A DNA stretch of 64,000 nucleotides from a virus, in IMG/VR virus record IMGVR_UViG_3300023174_003623, positions 90,778 through 154,777 of that record; one strand, given 5' to 3'. Positions within the stretch are counted from its first letter, which is position 1. Each line of letters begins with the position of its first letter. Below the pieces are notes generated by a model. That model was given only the letters and a program-made list of their open reading frames with translations, was not told the DNA's origin and made no database searches. The translations under genes and the position numbers were made by a program. This document shows, piece after piece, positions 62,805 through 64,000 of this stretch.

Positions 62805-63138
62805 TTTCACCACTCTAGACCCTGCTCAATCATATTACTTTCAAGCCTTTTTTCGTAAGCCATTGATTTCATTATACTTTATCATTTAACTGGTACTTTG
62901 ATGACACTTGTAACTATCTGATTCATAAGGACTTTTTTTATCAACTTTCCCTATAGACTGATTAAAACCCTAGCCGCTCATTCTCGCCTTTCACTCACTC
63001 GCCTGCTCGTTTTCTCGGATTTCACCACTCTAGACCCTGCTCGCCGATATTACTTTCAAGCCTTTTTTACTAAGTGTCTGTTTTTCATGCTGTTTTTCTT
63101 TTAACTGGTACTTTGATGACATTCGCAAGTGTCTGATT
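62805..63138. repeat. ~120-bp imperfect direct repeat (62805-62923, 63020-63138) with IHF-like sites
   Basis: 215-bp offset; TAAGCCATTGATT at 62856 matches YAANNNNTTGATW. Confidence 0.75.
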
Positions 63139-63293
63139 TTATTACGCTTTTTCGGTTGCTCTGCTGCTCTGCCCGTTGTCTGGCATGCTTTCAGGGGAAT
63201 GCTCGCAGGCACCTCGCAGGCTTACGTTAACGTCAGGGTCGAACTATGGGGAAACCTAGCAAATGCCTGTCAGACGCTTGCAGGGGTTTAGGG

Positions 63294-63818
63294 CGCATAC
63301 CACACAAACACCTCAAAAGTCAAGCATTATTTTCTGCCAGACGCTCAAATGCTCGTTTATATCATGTTTTTTAGGGCCAGTCAACCACTTTTGCTCGACG
63401 CTCAAATGCTCGCTTATAACACACCTCGCAGGGCTTGTCAAACGCTCGACGCTTAACCTATACGTCAACTTTCAATCCCTCGACGCTCGACGCTTGACAT
63501 TTACGTTAAGGTCAACTTTGAAACGCTTGACGCTTGACGCTTGACGCTTGACGCTTGACGCTTGACGCTTGACGCTTGCCTCTAACACACATTGCAGCAC
63601 ATGTCAAGCCCCCCCATGCAGAACAGCGCATATACCACAACACGCGAGAACATGCAAGCACCTGCCAGACACCGCAAAGGCCAGCGCATACCACACAAGC
63701 CAGCACATGTCAAGCACTGCGAGAAACATGCAAAACACCTGCACATACCACATTACGAGCAGCATGTCAAGCACCTGTGAGACACCTCCCAATACCACAA
63801 AAGCACATCACATGTCAA
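63294..63818 (-). promoter_or_regulatory. Array of eight leftward sigma70-like elements
   Basis: TTGACA/TTGACT/TTGCAT-N17/18-TAxxxx with TG extension. Confidence 0.65.
63524..63578 (+). repeat. Heptamer tandem repeat (CGCTTGA)7 plus partial copy
   Basis: Directly visible. Confidence 0.95.
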
Positions 63819-63841
63819 GCAATATATTTTCGCGCAGGGTA

Positions 63842-63871
63842 TTGACAGGGGTGGGCTGGGCATGCTATACT
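63842..63871 (+). promoter_or_regulatory. Rightward sigma70-like promoter followed by a G11 tract
   Basis: TTGACA-N18-TATACT; G run 63875-63885. Confidence 0.65.
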
Positions 63872-64000
63872 ATCGGGGGGGGGGGTACTTAAAAGTTTTT
63901 GCAGTTTTCGATCTGGTTCCATGGCGGCTAGCATCCCACCCCTATAAGCACCGTAGAAAAAGATTGCCATGGGTCTCAAAAAAATTCGCCAGTAAAAAAA

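Noticed and set aside
63263-63892. Several overlapping ORFs in the terminal region
   Set aside because: Low-complexity translations of repeats, with no RBS.

Overview
A 64-kb fragment of a T4-like (Tevenvirinae/Kyanoviridae-style) myovirus genome, almost all on the + strand. 1-32 kb is the conserved T4 core: tail sheath gp18 (5'-truncated), gp19, portal gp20, prohead core, gp21, gp22, major capsid gp23, gp3, uvsY, uvsW, gp55, gp47/46, gp45/44/62, regA, hsp20, gp43, uvsX, gp41, plus peptide deformylase, dCMP deaminase, a GH19 lysin and a DenV-like glycosylase. uvsX is fractured into two ORFs by a naturally split intein with a free-standing HNH endonuclease between the halves. 32-41 kb holds tRNA-Asn and tRNA-Trp flanking a GIY-YIG endonuclease, a heptose/glycosyltransferase cluster, several late-promoter genes with a shared N-terminal motif like the T4 capsid-targeting sequence, and a type I hammerhead ribozyme followed by a structured RNA. 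41-62.7 kb is an accessory region of small ORFs whose GC content rises towards the right end. From about 49 kb it is organised as promoter-ORF cassettes delimited by two families of repeated sigma70 promoter elements; one family carries a covarying hairpin over the -10 box. The last 1.3 kb is non-coding: a direct repeat with IHF-like sites, a (CGCTTGA)7 array and eight leftward promoter-like elements that all lack the conserved -7 T. Most promising candidates for undescribed biology: the hairpin-promoter cassette array, the capsid-tag cargo family (including an orphan HicA toxin), the terminal promoter-like array, the hammerhead-RNA unit and the split-intein uvsX. All product calls come from motif recognition and synteny; no database search was run.
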